DNA from: Promethearchaeota archaeon
GTDB lineage: Archaea > Asgardarchaeota > Lokiarchaeia > Sigyniarchaeales > SOKP01
NCBI GenBank assembly: GCA_030599585.1
Contig: JAUVNS010000002.1
Span: 32,001 to 96,000 of the forward strand
Direction of reading: 5' to 3'
DNA length: 64,000 nucleotides
The stretch's first letter is position 1, and each line of letters opens with the position of its first letter. The notes beneath the pieces are model-generated. The model did not search any database. It saw only the letters and a program-made list of their open reading frames with translations, and had not been told where the DNA came from. This document shows positions 28,786 through 38,882 of the stretch, piece by piece. The position numbers and the translations under genes were made by a program.

Positions 28786-29283
28786 TTATTCTGGCAATTT
28801 AGTTCCGCATTCTTGACAAAAAGTATTATTTCGGTTATTTTTTTTTCCACAACTTGGGCAATAAATGATAGGTTCTTGCACTCCTGCTTGAGGTGGCATG
28901 TTTTGTATTTCGTCAAACATTTTTATATAGTTTGGAGCGATGGTCCGTTCGAGTTTCATAGGGTTAGTTCCCAATTCAAGAGCCCATCGCTTGATAACGC
29001 CTTGTGGTTTCAGCCATTGCATTCCATACCCAAAAGATAGTGCTACTTCAACGCTCACGTAAGTCGTCGCATTATCAGGATTATACCCAATCTTCATGGT
29101 ATAAGTTTCTCCGTACGACATCATAGATATATCACGCTGGATAATTAGGGTATATATTAACGAATTTGGAGATTTTATTTGGCTGTTAATTTTTCCGCTA
29201 TTATTTGCCCAGAATGAATGTGTTCTATTGAGAACTTCTTCTAAAGACATTTCCAGGGAGTAATAACCAAATTTATGACCCAT
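28786..29283 (-). CDS. Double zinc-ribbon domain protein
   Basis: C-terminal CPSCG...FCQECGTKL. Confidence 0.8.
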   Translation of the reverse strand: MGHKFGYYSLEMSLEEVLNRTHSFWANNSGKINSQIKSPNSLIYTLIIQRDISMMSYGETYTMKIGYNPDNATTYVSVEVALSFGYGMQWLKPQGVIKRWALELGTNPMKLERTIAPNYIKMFDEIQNMPPQAGVQEPIIYCPSCGKKNNRNNTFCQECGTKLPE

Positions 29284-29505
29284 TTAGACTCCACTCTTTT
29301 TTTCATGAAAAGTAGTTAATTGAATCTGTAGTATTATTTAAAATCGTCTTTTATTTGAATTTTATAATTCATTAATTCTGGTGGTCTTATTATTATAAAT
29401 CTATTATCAGAAGTATAACTATTCAATAATCTATAATGAAGAGCTTTATACGGGTAAGTTATGTATCTTCTAATTAGACAAATAATTATAATAGAGATGA
29501 ATAAA

Positions 29506-29961
29506 ATGTTTAAAAAAATATTGTTAGGTATTGATATTTCTGAAAATTCGATGAAAGCTGTTGATAAAGTAATTGAGATACAGAAAGAAACTAACTCTGA
29601 AGTTGTATTATTCCACTCGTTTTTGCACCACATTTCAGAACTAAGACCCACTTTTGGGATGAGTTCTGTACCTGATACATCTTTGAGTTATGAGATTCAT
29701 AACGACATAGTTAAAGAGGGAACTAAACTTTTAGACGATATTAGGAAAAAATTCGAGAGTAAAGGATTAAAAGTCGAAACCAGAAGGATTTTTGACTTTG
29801 GACCGGAGTATTACATTGAAGAAAGGGTAAAAGAAGAAGGTTTTGATCTCGTTGTATTAGGATGTGGAGGGAAACATTCAAAACTAAGACGCACATTTAT
29901 CGGAACGGTCCCGGAGTATGTTATTAATCATGTGGACGTGGATGTTTTAATCGCTAAATAA
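29506..29961 (+). CDS. Universal stress protein
   Basis: MFKKILLGIDISENSMKA, DLVVLGCGG, FIGTVPEYVINH..VDVLI. Confidence 0.9.
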   Translation: MFKKILLGIDISENSMKAVDKVIEIQKETNSEVVLFHSFLHHISELRPTFGMSSVPDTSLSYEIHNDIVKEGTKLLDDIRKKFESKGLKVETRRIFDFGPEYYIEERVKEEGFDLVVLGCGGKHSKLRRTFIGTVPEYVINHVDVDVLIAK

Positions 29962-30014
29962 TATTTTTATTTTTCAATTTTTTATTTTAATGAATTAGAA
30001 TATAACTAAATGAG

Positions 30015-30425
30015 ATGATACTAATGAATAAAAAAAAAACAATTGAACAGGAAATAATAATTAAGGGCACGCCTCACGAAATTTATGAAGTGTTTATGGA
30101 TGCAAAAAAACATTCTAAATTAACTGAGAGCAAGGCTAAAGTAAGTCGTGAAGTTGGGGGAAGTTTTTCAATATACGAAGGAGCACTAAGTGGAAAAAAT
30201 GTCGAATTGATACAGGATAAGAAGATAGTCCAAACGTGGCGTGGTGATGGCGAGAATTGGCCAAAGGGGTATTATTCAAAAATTACTCTAATCTTTGAGC
30301 CCGATGATAAAGGAACTTTGATAAAATTTACACATATAGACATTCCTGAAGCGTCTTATGAATCAGTGAAAGAAGGATGGGACATGTATTATTGGGAACC
30401 ACTTAAAGAAATGTTTGGGAAATAA
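30015..30425 (+). CDS. SRPBCC/AHSA1-like (Aha1 C-terminal type) protein
   Basis: GGSFSIYEG..SG.NVEL...KIVQTWR...GWDMYYWEPLK. Confidence 0.85.
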   Translation: MILMNKKKTIEQEIIIKGTPHEIYEVFMDAKKHSKLTESKAKVSREVGGSFSIYEGALSGKNVELIQDKKIVQTWRGDGENWPKGYYSKITLIFEPDDKGTLIKFTHIDIPEASYESVKEGWDMYYWEPLKEMFGK

Positions 30426-30431
30426 TCAGTT

Positions 30432-30617
30432 TTACAAAAATTTGTCCATGAGGTATCTCTTTGCCTTTATATCAGTTATGCTAAAATCTAATGTATCGAT
30501 GACATGTTGAGCCTGGTCATTAGCGATTTCCCTTGCTTCTTTTTCATCTTTAGCGCTAATTTTGAATTTTCTATACGGAAAAAGGTGGAATTTTACTTTT
30601 ACATCATAATCTGGCAA
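30432..30617 (-). CDS. Small hypothetical protein
   Basis: 61-aa ORF filling the gap, GAGGG upstream, natural-looking sequence (ISAKDEKEAREIA). Confidence 0.5.
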   Translation of the reverse strand: MPDYDVKVKFHLFPYRKFKISAKDEKEAREIANDQAQHVIDTLDFSITDIKAKRYLMDKFL

Positions 30618-30915
30618 CTTGAGTCCCTCTAGTTATTTAAATATTATCAAAAAGGTTTACTATACTTTAAGAAATCTTATGTTATAAAGCTAAATTATCT
30701 ACCAGACAATTCTTCAAATTGTTGAGTTAAAGGACAGACAATAAAAAAAGTATATATTAGATTTCTCAAGTTCACAAATCCTTGTTTATTGTAGATTTCT
30801 TTTTGATAAATTTTTGACGATGATGTAAAGACTTAAATTGAAAAGAGATATTTTTAACTTGCGATTATTCAATTAAATTCGAATGATTTTATTATCGCAT
30901 TTTAAGGTGAAAAAT

Positions 30916-31239
30916 ATGGTTTATTTACTAGCAACAGTATGGTTTCCGCCCCATAAGGGAGAGGAAGTTGGAAAGAAGTTTCTTGAAGTTGCAAAGAAAT
31001 TTCCGGAGGATAGGTCCCTCGGAAAACTGGTTTTAGATGGCGCATTGATGAGAACCAAAGATGGTATAAAAGCTATAACAATTTCTAAAGTAAAAGAAGG
31101 GAAACTTGATGATGCACTTGCCAAAGTTAACGATATGTTAGCGTTTTACTCCGAAATCGAAGGCGTAAACTCGAGAGTAGACACTATGGCTACATTAGTA
31201 GAATCTCTGGACATCGTAGGGATTAAAATACCAGAATAA
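30916..31239 (+). CDS. Small ~100-aa paralogous family protein (copy 2 of 4)
   Basis: AAGGTGA SD before ATG 30916; WFPPHKGEEVGKKFL...VKEGKLDDAL. Confidence 0.75.
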   Translation: MVYLLATVWFPPHKGEEVGKKFLEVAKKFPEDRSLGKLVLDGALMRTKDGIKAITISKVKEGKLDDALAKVNDMLAFYSEIEGVNSRVDTMATLVESLDIVGIKIPE

Positions 31240-31614
31240 AACATTTTAAGCATAAATCTTTACTTTTTTTTATTTATTTTTGAAATTGAATTGAATAACT
31301 AGTCTAAATTATTTTAGCCAAATTCATGTAATATTAATTGAATGCTTTTTTCCTTCAATTCATATGACAAAAAGGAAAAAGTCGAATGTACCTCACGGAA
31401 TTTAATTTTACTATTAATCAGCGTGAAAAAAATGAAAAACTGGTTAATAATTTAGAAAAGATATAAATATGTAAATTTATATGTCTAGATTTGTATTATT
31501 TTTTTACAAAAAAGGCGTGTTTAAGAGAACCATTACGACGGGGTAAGTTTAATTAAGATAATACAACTTTAACAAGGTTGGTTAAGAAAATTAAAAAGTT
31601 ATAATTAGGATAAT

Positions 31615-32127
31615 ATGCTTGACGCAATTTTTAAGATTATCATTTTTGGTGATGCAGGTAGTGGAAAAACAACACTAACAAAAAGATTTAAAACAGATTT
31701 ATTCGTATCAGATTCCCAGATGACTATCGGAGTTGACTTTGAAACTAAAACTTTTGAGGTTGATGGAAAAACCGTAAAGTTAATGATCTGGGATTTCGGC
31801 GGTGAGGAGAGATTTCGATTCATGTTACCTGAGTATATAAATGGTACGATGGGGGGGATATTAATGTACGATATTACGCATTATCCGTCTCTTGCTCACA
31901 TTGACGATTGGTTATCCGTTATAAATGGTAAAAAAGATCGATTTCCACTCGTTTTACTTGGCGGTAAAGCTGATTTAGATATAATTAGAGAAATTCCTTT
32001 TAAAGAAGGAATGAAGTATGCTAAAGTAAAGGGATTCAGCGGTTTCACGGAATGCTCGAGCAAGACGGGAGAAAATGTGGAAAAATCGTTTGAACAATTA
32101 ACAAGAATGATGTTAAGTAGATCTTGA
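31615..32127 (+). CDS. Rab-like small GTPase (Ras superfamily)
   Basis: G1 GDAGSGKT, G2 TIGVDF, G3 WDFGGEERF, G4 GGKAD, G5 ECSSKTG. Confidence 0.93.
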   Translation: MLDAIFKIIIFGDAGSGKTTLTKRFKTDLFVSDSQMTIGVDFETKTFEVDGKTVKLMIWDFGGEERFRFMLPEYINGTMGGILMYDITHYPSLAHIDDWLSVINGKKDRFPLVLLGGKADLDIIREIPFKEGMKYAKVKGFSGFTECSSKTGENVEKSFEQLTRMMLSRS

Positions 32128-32156
32128 TTCATATAAATAAAAATAGGATTTTTATA

Positions 32157-33503
32157 TTATTTAATTTTATATTGGCTTTTTAGGAAATTGGTGATGTAGT
32201 CTTTAACTTTATTTCGGTCGGGTAAACTTGCTACCATGCCGTAAATAGCAGCGTCTCCGTCTGAAGATGCCTCTGGATGCTCTTTAATCTCTTTAACAGC
32301 TTCCTTAAGATCCTTCAAGAAGGTCTCTACAATACTAGCGTGGTGAGGATTAACCATCATGTGTAAAGCGTTTGGAAATTGAATTCGGTCTAAATGCCAC
32401 CCTTTCTTATCCATAATATCTCCTAAATTATAGATGTCCACTGTGTCGGATGTAAAGCAAAAAACGCTCATAACCGGGTCTCCTATAATATATAGTCCAG
32501 AGATTTGATTAATTCCATCAATTAATTCTTTAGTAGCCTTCATGACGACTTTAGCCAATTGTAGATAACCATCGTTTCCTAATACCTTCATTGAAGCCCA
32601 CGCAGCAGCAATTGGCCCACCAGGCCGAGTACCTCTCATAGAAGGGGATATGTAAATGCCACCTGACCAGTCAGTATAGACTGAAAATTGATGCTTCCAC
32701 ACTCTTTCTCTGCGATACATTATTGTAGAAGCACCTTTTGCACCATACCCATATTTATGGACGTCTGCCGAAATAGAGGTTACTCCTGGTACTGAAAAAT
32801 CAAAATCCGGAACATTATTACCAAGCATCTTCACAAAGGGAAGCATAAAACCTCCAAGACATGCATCAACATGCATCCCTATCCCTCTATCTTTTGCGAT
32901 ACTCGCGAGTTCTGAGATGGGATCTACTACACCTCTAGGAAAATCACACGCAGAACCGACCATCATTATAGTGTTCTCGGTCAATGCGTTTTCCATAGCT
33001 TTTACATCTGCCCGGTGAGTTACTTTATCCACGGGTACTTTAACTATTTTTACTCCAAAATAATCAGCTGCTTTGTCAAAGGATGGATGTGCTGAACTCG
33101 GGACAACCATTTCAGGTTCTTTGATATGGGGAAATTTATCCCGTGCCCAATCTCTATAGGTTTTTACTGCCATTAGGAGACTTTCCGTTCCACCCGATGT
33201 CATACTTCCACAACACCTATTATCTCCTCCAAACAAGTCAACTGCCATGGAAATCACTTCCGTTTCAAACTTCTTTAGACTGGGAAAAGCCATGGGACTA
33301 AGGGCGTTCTTTGAAAAAAACATAGCAGAAGCTTTTTTAAGCATTTCTGTATGTTTATCTGAAGCGTGATATACAAGGCTCCAAACCTTTCCATCCTTCC
33401 AATTTATGTCGTCTTCCCGTATTACTTCCATATTTTTGAGAATATCTTCTTCAGAAATTCCATTTTCTGGTAATACTACTTTAGGTCTAGCCATTTTTTC
33501 CAC
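32157..33503 (-). CDS. Sphingosine-1-phosphate lyase-like PLP-dependent enzyme (group II decarboxylase family)
   Basis: TSGGTES, AHPSFDKAA, HVDACLGGF, SISADVHKYGYGAKG, GTRPGG. Confidence 0.85.
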   Translation of the reverse strand: MEKMARPKVVLPENGISEEDILKNMEVIREDDINWKDGKVWSLVYHASDKHTEMLKKASAMFFSKNALSPMAFPSLKKFETEVISMAVDLFGGDNRCCGSMTSGGTESLLMAVKTYRDWARDKFPHIKEPEMVVPSSAHPSFDKAADYFGVKIVKVPVDKVTHRADVKAMENALTENTIMMVGSACDFPRGVVDPISELASIAKDRGIGMHVDACLGGFMLPFVKMLGNNVPDFDFSVPGVTSISADVHKYGYGAKGASTIMYRRERVWKHQFSVYTDWSGGIYISPSMRGTRPGGPIAAAWASMKVLGNDGYLQLAKVVMKATKELIDGINQISGLYIIGDPVMSVFCFTSDTVDIYNLGDIMDKKGWHLDRIQFPNALHMMVNPHHASIVETFLKDLKEAVKEIKEHPEASSDGDAAIYGMVASLPDRNKVKDYITNFLKSQYKIK

Positions 33504-33608
33504 TAAATTAAATTTGATATTTGAATATCTAAATTAATTGTTACATATTAAATAAACTTGAAATCCTTAAAATGAGATAAAACGTTCAAAAATAAGACTC
33601 TTATAGTA

Positions 33609-33794
33609 TTAATGCAATACCTTAGAGGTAGATTTAAGTTTATTTAATCCAGATTGATATTCCGAACACATTTTGTAATTAGGAAAGTCGCAAACTTCTT
33701 TTGCTTTGGGTAGGTGGCACGAACGAATAAATGGGCACGATAGTAACGAGTCTTCCAATGGCTTGATTTCTGTATTCATTTTGTGCCTCCTCAT
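33609..33794 (-). CDS. Small Cys-rich hypothetical protein
   Basis: CPFIRSC...C...CSEY; GAGG SD before an internal ATG. Confidence 0.5.
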   Translation of the reverse strand: MRRHKMNTEIKPLEDSLLSCPFIRSCHLPKAKEVCDFPNYKMCSEYQSGLNKLKSTSKVLH

Positions 33795-33957
33795 TTGGAA
33801 AAAATAACCTTTCTTTTCCGATAATAATTATCAATTGGAGATTATTAAATGTAACTATTATAACCTCTAAATTCCTCAAACGAATTATCATTTGTATAGT
33901 CGTTTGTTTATACAAAGAGAAAAAGCTGTGAAATCCTTAATGTGTTGGTGTTTTTCT

Positions 33958-35160
33958 TTATTTCCTCATATCAAGGAAACCGCCGGATCTCATCAATTTG
34001 CACGGTTTTAAATATTTTCTTCCCGTTAATTCTGCGAGCTCGTCCAATTTCACAACCAGTTGTTTGTAATTCTTTTTACCCATAGCAAAGGGACCTGGTA
34101 AATGAAAACCAGTTGATACCGCTTTATCAATCGTTTTATAATTAGTAACACAGCCTTCTTCTAAGATTCTACAACCTTCATTTAATTGGATTGCTATTAG
34201 AAGTTCAATATCCACCAGATTCGCTCTTTTTGAGCGATCTATACTAGGTTCCGTATTTTGAGACCAATCATAGAAGCCCCGGCCGGTCTTTTTTCCCAGG
34301 TTGTTTTCATTAATAAGTTTCGTAAACAGCTCGTGGGGGGCAAAGTCTGGCGAGAGAGTTTCTTCAAAGTATTTCATCGCGTTAAAAACAGTGTCAATGC
34401 CTATAGTGTCACATAAATAAAAAATACCATCAGGCATAAAATCAATTACGTCCGCATCGAGTTGCTCAAAGGGGATATTTCTAGCAATAGCTTGTTCAAT
34501 AAGCAAATTTATATATATTTCAGTAGAGCTTATAATTCTATTTACGATGAATCCAGGAGATTCTCTTTGGAGTTCTATAAGCAATCTTTTTCCTTCTAAG
34601 CTTGGTAACTTATGGCCAACTTCTGTCGCAATTTTTAGAGTATCTTCTGAAGTTTTTTTTCCTTTCGTAATTTCGATTAATTTATTTTCGAGAGGGGCTA
34701 CAAAAAAATGCATTCCGATGACCTTTTCAGGACGCCCCGACGCATTTCCAATTTCTGTAATACTCATAGTTGAGGAATTAGTAGCGAAAATTGTATGTTC
34801 GGGACAATATTGCCCTAATTTTTTAAATACTTCTTTTTTAATACTCATGACTTCAGGAACAGCTTCTATAACAAAGTCTGTATTTTCAACAGCGTTCTGT
34901 AGGTTTTCTTCTTTTACCAACCTTTTTACGAGGATTTCAGTTGTAATATTATCGTCTAATTGCCCTTCTTTTTCAAGAACTTTTAAGCCAGTTTTGGGAT
35001 CGTTTATAATACTGTCTACTCCCTTATCGATCAATTCCATACTAAGATCGTTAAGGATCACTTTGCTAAAACCAGCCATCAGCGCGACTTGGGCGATAGC
35101 GTGGCCTTGTATTCCTGTTCCTATTATTGTAATGCTTTTTATTTCAGAAATATCTTGCAC
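33958..35160 (-). CDS. 3-hydroxyacyl-CoA dehydrogenase
   Basis: IIGTGIQGHAIA, VIEAVPE, ATNSST, GMHFF, PGFIVNR, LGKKTGRGFY. Confidence 0.93.
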   Translation of the reverse strand: MQDISEIKSITIIGTGIQGHAIAQVALMAGFSKVILNDLSMELIDKGVDSIINDPKTGLKVLEKEGQLDDNITTEILVKRLVKEENLQNAVENTDFVIEAVPEVMSIKKEVFKKLGQYCPEHTIFATNSSTMSITEIGNASGRPEKVIGMHFFVAPLENKLIEITKGKKTSEDTLKIATEVGHKLPSLEGKRLLIELQRESPGFIVNRIISSTEIYINLLIEQAIARNIPFEQLDADVIDFMPDGIFYLCDTIGIDTVFNAMKYFEETLSPDFAPHELFTKLINENNLGKKTGRGFYDWSQNTEPSIDRSKRANLVDIELLIAIQLNEGCRILEEGCVTNYKTIDKAVSTGFHLPGPFAMGKKNYKQLVVKLDELAELTGRKYLKPCKLMRSGGFLDMRK

Positions 35161-35420
35161 TTGAAATCAACTATTAAATTATCTTTATAGTTTAAGAGAA
35201 TTCACTGAATATTAAATTATTCGCTCTCTATCTTAATCTCAAATCCATAAACTGAAAAGCTAATGAGTCTCGAAATTTTACCTTATTAATAACATAAGAC
35301 TCAAATAAATAAATCACGAGTTCCTATTAAGATATTAAAAAGTATTTTAAATCACTTAAGAAAGAGATTTAATGCATATTTTCTCTTAGATTGAGCTTAA
35401 CCATATAGAAAGGATGATAT

Positions 35421-36518
35421 GTGTCACAAGAAAAAAAAAATAGCGACAATAGCATGAGAAAGTTAGAATTTAAAAATCAGACGGTTTTTTTCAAATCGTC
35501 TGAACACATGGCTGAATTGGAGGACGAATCGATTGATGTCGTTATTACATCTCCACCATATAACCGAGGAAAAACATATTCTTCAGATAATGGTGAAATT
35601 CATGATGACAAGATGGAAGATGCTGAATACTACTCTTTCTTAACTACCATCTGGTCTGAGTGCTATAGAGTAGCAAAAAAAAGTGCAGTTTTCTTTCTCA
35701 ATATTGGTGATTCCGCAGGAGATCAAGGGAAATCTGAAAAAGTCGCTAAGTCTGCTGAATACGCATCCTGGAAGCGAATTCAAGATATTATCTGGGTTAA
35801 ATCGTTCCTTGGAAAAGGGCACTACACCCCATCAGGAGGGAATCGAAGGTTAAATAATCTCTGGGAGCATATTTTCCTCTTTGCAAAAAATACTAAAGAA
35901 TATAAAATTGACCCAAAAGCAATAGGTATTCCTTACACAGATAAATCCAATATCGGAAGATATTCTGATACAGATTTAAGAGATCCCGGCAATGTGTGGT
36001 TGATTCCATACACGAAGACTACGGGAGCAACGATTAAGAAAGGACACGAGGCGCCATTTCCAATAGGTCTTCCATATAAATGTATTAAGATGGTTCCAAA
36101 TGTAAAAACAGTATTAGACCCCTTTGGGGGGACTTGCTCAACTTTAGCAGCTTGTCTAAAATTAGGAGTAAAGGGGTATGCTTACGACAAATATCCCCGC
36201 GTTGAGGTTATAAAATTGAGAATTCTCGAAGGAAAAAACTTTCACGAAATTGAAGAAAATCTGATACCTCATTTAGAGTTGTCCCTAAGATTATTAAATG
36301 ATTTGTTACCAGACGCTTCAATAGTAATACCTGTTATAAAGTCTAAAGCGGAATTTAATAATTTTTACATACTTAACGAAGTCTTAAATAATCTAAATAT
36401 TGACAATTCGTTTAAGAGTAGCCTAGAAAAAAGGATAGATCATTTTAAAGAGTCTTTACATGAAAAAAAGGAGCAAGAAATTAAGTTTCGTCAAACAAAA
36501 TTAGATTTTGAGTCGTAA
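35421..36518 (+). CDS. Site-specific DNA methyltransferase (beta class, N4-C/N6-A), orphan
   Basis: VVITSPPYN, GHEAPFP, VLDPFGGTCST. Confidence 0.88.
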   Translation: MSQEKKNSDNSMRKLEFKNQTVFFKSSEHMAELEDESIDVVITSPPYNRGKTYSSDNGEIHDDKMEDAEYYSFLTTIWSECYRVAKKSAVFFLNIGDSAGDQGKSEKVAKSAEYASWKRIQDIIWVKSFLGKGHYTPSGGNRRLNNLWEHIFLFAKNTKEYKIDPKAIGIPYTDKSNIGRYSDTDLRDPGNVWLIPYTKTTGATIKKGHEAPFPIGLPYKCIKMVPNVKTVLDPFGGTCSTLAACLKLGVKGYAYDKYPRVEVIKLRILEGKNFHEIEENLIPHLELSLRLLNDLLPDASIVIPVIKSKAEFNNFYILNEVLNNLNIDNSFKSSLEKRIDHFKESLHEKKEQEIKFRQTKLDFES

Positions 36519-36640
36519 GTGTTGGTTGGTTTAATTCTTACTTATCATATTTATCTTTTAAAATTATTATTTTTTAATACGGTTAATTTTTAATAACCTT
36601 ATGAGGCTTTCTTTTAATGAAAAATAATCATTAAGTATAA

Positions 36641-37114
36641 TTGGGTCAAATTTACGAAATAACCATGGCACAAAAAATTATTCCACCTCAAGAAAAACCT
36701 ATAGACGAGAAGGGATACTTTGAAATTTTAAGTAAAGCTGTTTTTAACGCGGGATTCTCATATCAAGTGGTGAGAACAAAATGGGAAGGTATCAAAGAAG
36801 TTTTTAACGAATTCCACCCAGAAATTATCTCGAAGTGGACAATAGATGAGGTTTCAGATGCGTTGGAATCTCCTAAAATAATACGAAATTCAAGGAAAGT
36901 AAAAGCTATAGTATCTAACGCACAAATCTTTCTTGAGTTAGTTAGAAAACACCGTTCCTTTGAGAATTACTTGGATTCCTTTCGAAACAAATGTTACGAA
37001 GAAAAGCAGCAAATTATAGCAAAACAATTTAAGTGGCTGGGACCAACTGGAGCTCACTTTTTCCTCTGGTCAATCGGAGAGGATGCTCCTCCTTGCGAAG
37101 CAATGATTAAGTAA
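36641..37114 (+). CDS. DNA-3-methyladenine glycosylase I-like protein
   Basis: FEILSKAVFNAGFSY..V..KW, IIRNSRKVKA, FKWLGPTG. Confidence 0.85.
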   Translation: MGQIYEITMAQKIIPPQEKPIDEKGYFEILSKAVFNAGFSYQVVRTKWEGIKEVFNEFHPEIISKWTIDEVSDALESPKIIRNSRKVKAIVSNAQIFLELVRKHRSFENYLDSFRNKCYEEKQQIIAKQFKWLGPTGAHFFLWSIGEDAPPCEAMIK

Positions 37115-37125
37115 ACAATTATTAA

Positions 37126-38667
37126 TTATTTTTCAGTTGATTCTTTAAATTCTGGAATTAAAACGATAAAATTACTACCTTCTAAGTATTCTCCTTCAAT
37201 TCGATCTTCAACCCAAATTTTTCCGTTATATAATTTAATAATCTTAGTAATCAACGATAAGCCAATCCCCATCCCTTTTTCTCCTTTTAATTCCTTAAAA
37301 CCTTCCAAAAAGATTTTTTCTTTTTTAGAATCATGAACACCAATTCCATTGTCTTTGAATTCTAACTTTACATAACTTAACCCATTTAATTTTGCTTTAG
37401 AAACAATAATATTTATCTCTGGAACCTCATTATTGTTGTACTTAATGGCGTTGAAAAGAATATTTTCGAAAACATCTGCTAATAGCTCGTTAGCAATAAC
37501 AAATATTTGATCTTTGCTTCTTTCAACATTAATTTTAATTAATTTGCGGAGGTTACTTTCTTTTGCATATTTTACCGCTTTTAATAAATAGTCTAAGAGA
37601 TCCGTACGATCTAAATCGATTTTTTCTTTATCCAGCTCAGAAAGCTTTTGTATGCAAGAGATCAAGCTTTTTCCTCTATTTAATTGGTCATCGATGGTTT
37701 GAAATAGAGATTCTAGCATCTCAGAATCAAGTTTAGCTTGAGTTTTTTTTTTAATGTTAAATAATTGAAACGACATTGAAATAACATGAATAATATTACT
37801 AATGTCGTGGGTGAACAAATCCTTGTAAAATGTGGCTCTGTTATATGCATTCTCGTATTGCTTTTCAGTCTTTCTTAAGTTTTCTTCTGTCATTTGTAGC
37901 TTTTCTATAAGTTGCTTTCTTTTAGGAAGAATAACAAGTCTTGTCGAGAAGGGTTTCTTTATGAATTGTGTTAGGCTTCTTTTATGGAGCACCATAAAAG
38001 CGAGGAGAAAAGGGCTAAAACCTAAGCCCAGAATCAATTTCCCTGCAATGTTTCCTACAATAAATTGTCCAAATACAGGTTCAAAGAATGACACGATGAA
38101 AGGAAATAGAAATCCATCTAAACAAAGGATTCCTATATAAGATACGATATATAGCGCAATAACTAAAGAGAGCCGCTTAAATTTTTCTTTTATTTTCTCT
38201 AATATATAAAACAGAGCAAGAATTTCAATTACAAATACGACAGAGCTTACTATATTAATCGTAATTGTAGTATTGAAAATCCCTGGTGAAACTGAGAAGA
38301 GATTTACCGTAGTAGGAGAGCTTAAAACTGCTACTAAGAGTTGATAAAAGAAAAATAGAAAAAAGTTAAAAAATACTTGAATACTAATCAAATTCCTAAC
38401 TACAGTCGGTTCCTGGGAGGCTATTCCTAAAAAGAATGTGATTAAAATAATCGAAGAGTAAGCAATGTTTCCTCCGGTGATTAGCAAGTCCTCAGACAAT
38501 TTAATTGAATAAAGAACTGCAAATAACTGAGTGAACACGTATAAGAATCCGAAATAAAAATAAAAGAAAGCAGTTGATTTAAATGCTCGAAAAATCGAAA
38601 CGATTAATATAGGTGAAAGACCGTACAATAATAAGTGCAAAATTAAGAATACAAGAGATTCCACCAC
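37126..38667 (-). CDS. Membrane sensor histidine kinase with a VUT-like N-terminal membrane domain
   Basis: About 7 TMs; H-box FTHDISN, N-box NILFNAIKY, DNGIG, GMGIGL, GSNF. Confidence 0.88.
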   Translation of the reverse strand: MVESLVFLILHLLLYGLSPILIVSIFRAFKSTAFFYFYFGFLYVFTQLFAVLYSIKLSEDLLITGGNIAYSSIILITFFLGIASQEPTVVRNLISIQVFFNFFLFFFYQLLVAVLSSPTTVNLFSVSPGIFNTTITINIVSSVVFVIEILALFYILEKIKEKFKRLSLVIALYIVSYIGILCLDGFLFPFIVSFFEPVFGQFIVGNIAGKLILGLGFSPFLLAFMVLHKRSLTQFIKKPFSTRLVILPKRKQLIEKLQMTEENLRKTEKQYENAYNRATFYKDLFTHDISNIIHVISMSFQLFNIKKKTQAKLDSEMLESLFQTIDDQLNRGKSLISCIQKLSELDKEKIDLDRTDLLDYLLKAVKYAKESNLRKLIKINVERSKDQIFVIANELLADVFENILFNAIKYNNNEVPEINIIVSKAKLNGLSYVKLEFKDNGIGVHDSKKEKIFLEGFKELKGEKGMGIGLSLITKIIKLYNGKIWVEDRIEGEYLEGSNFIVLIPEFKESTEK

Positions 38668-38882
38668 TTAGCACCTTTATTTTAAAAATTTAAATTTATA
38701 TCACATACAAACAATATGGTTTGAAAATAGAATAAATTAATCTTTTAAAAATATCTTTTTTATAGATAATAATCTGATATTTTTTTGATTAAGAAAGAGA
38801 GAAGCTTTTATAGACTCACGTTAATCTATAAAAACTATAAAATATACCAAGAATTAAATTAAAAAAAAGTGATTTTAAACTT

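Noticed and set aside
34547-35164. 205-aa plus-strand ORF and other short antisense ORFs (e.g. 181-375, 9471-9812, 16498-16752, 19339-19650, 41037-41381, 54122-54460)
   Set aside because: Antisense shadows of well-supported genes, with no motifs
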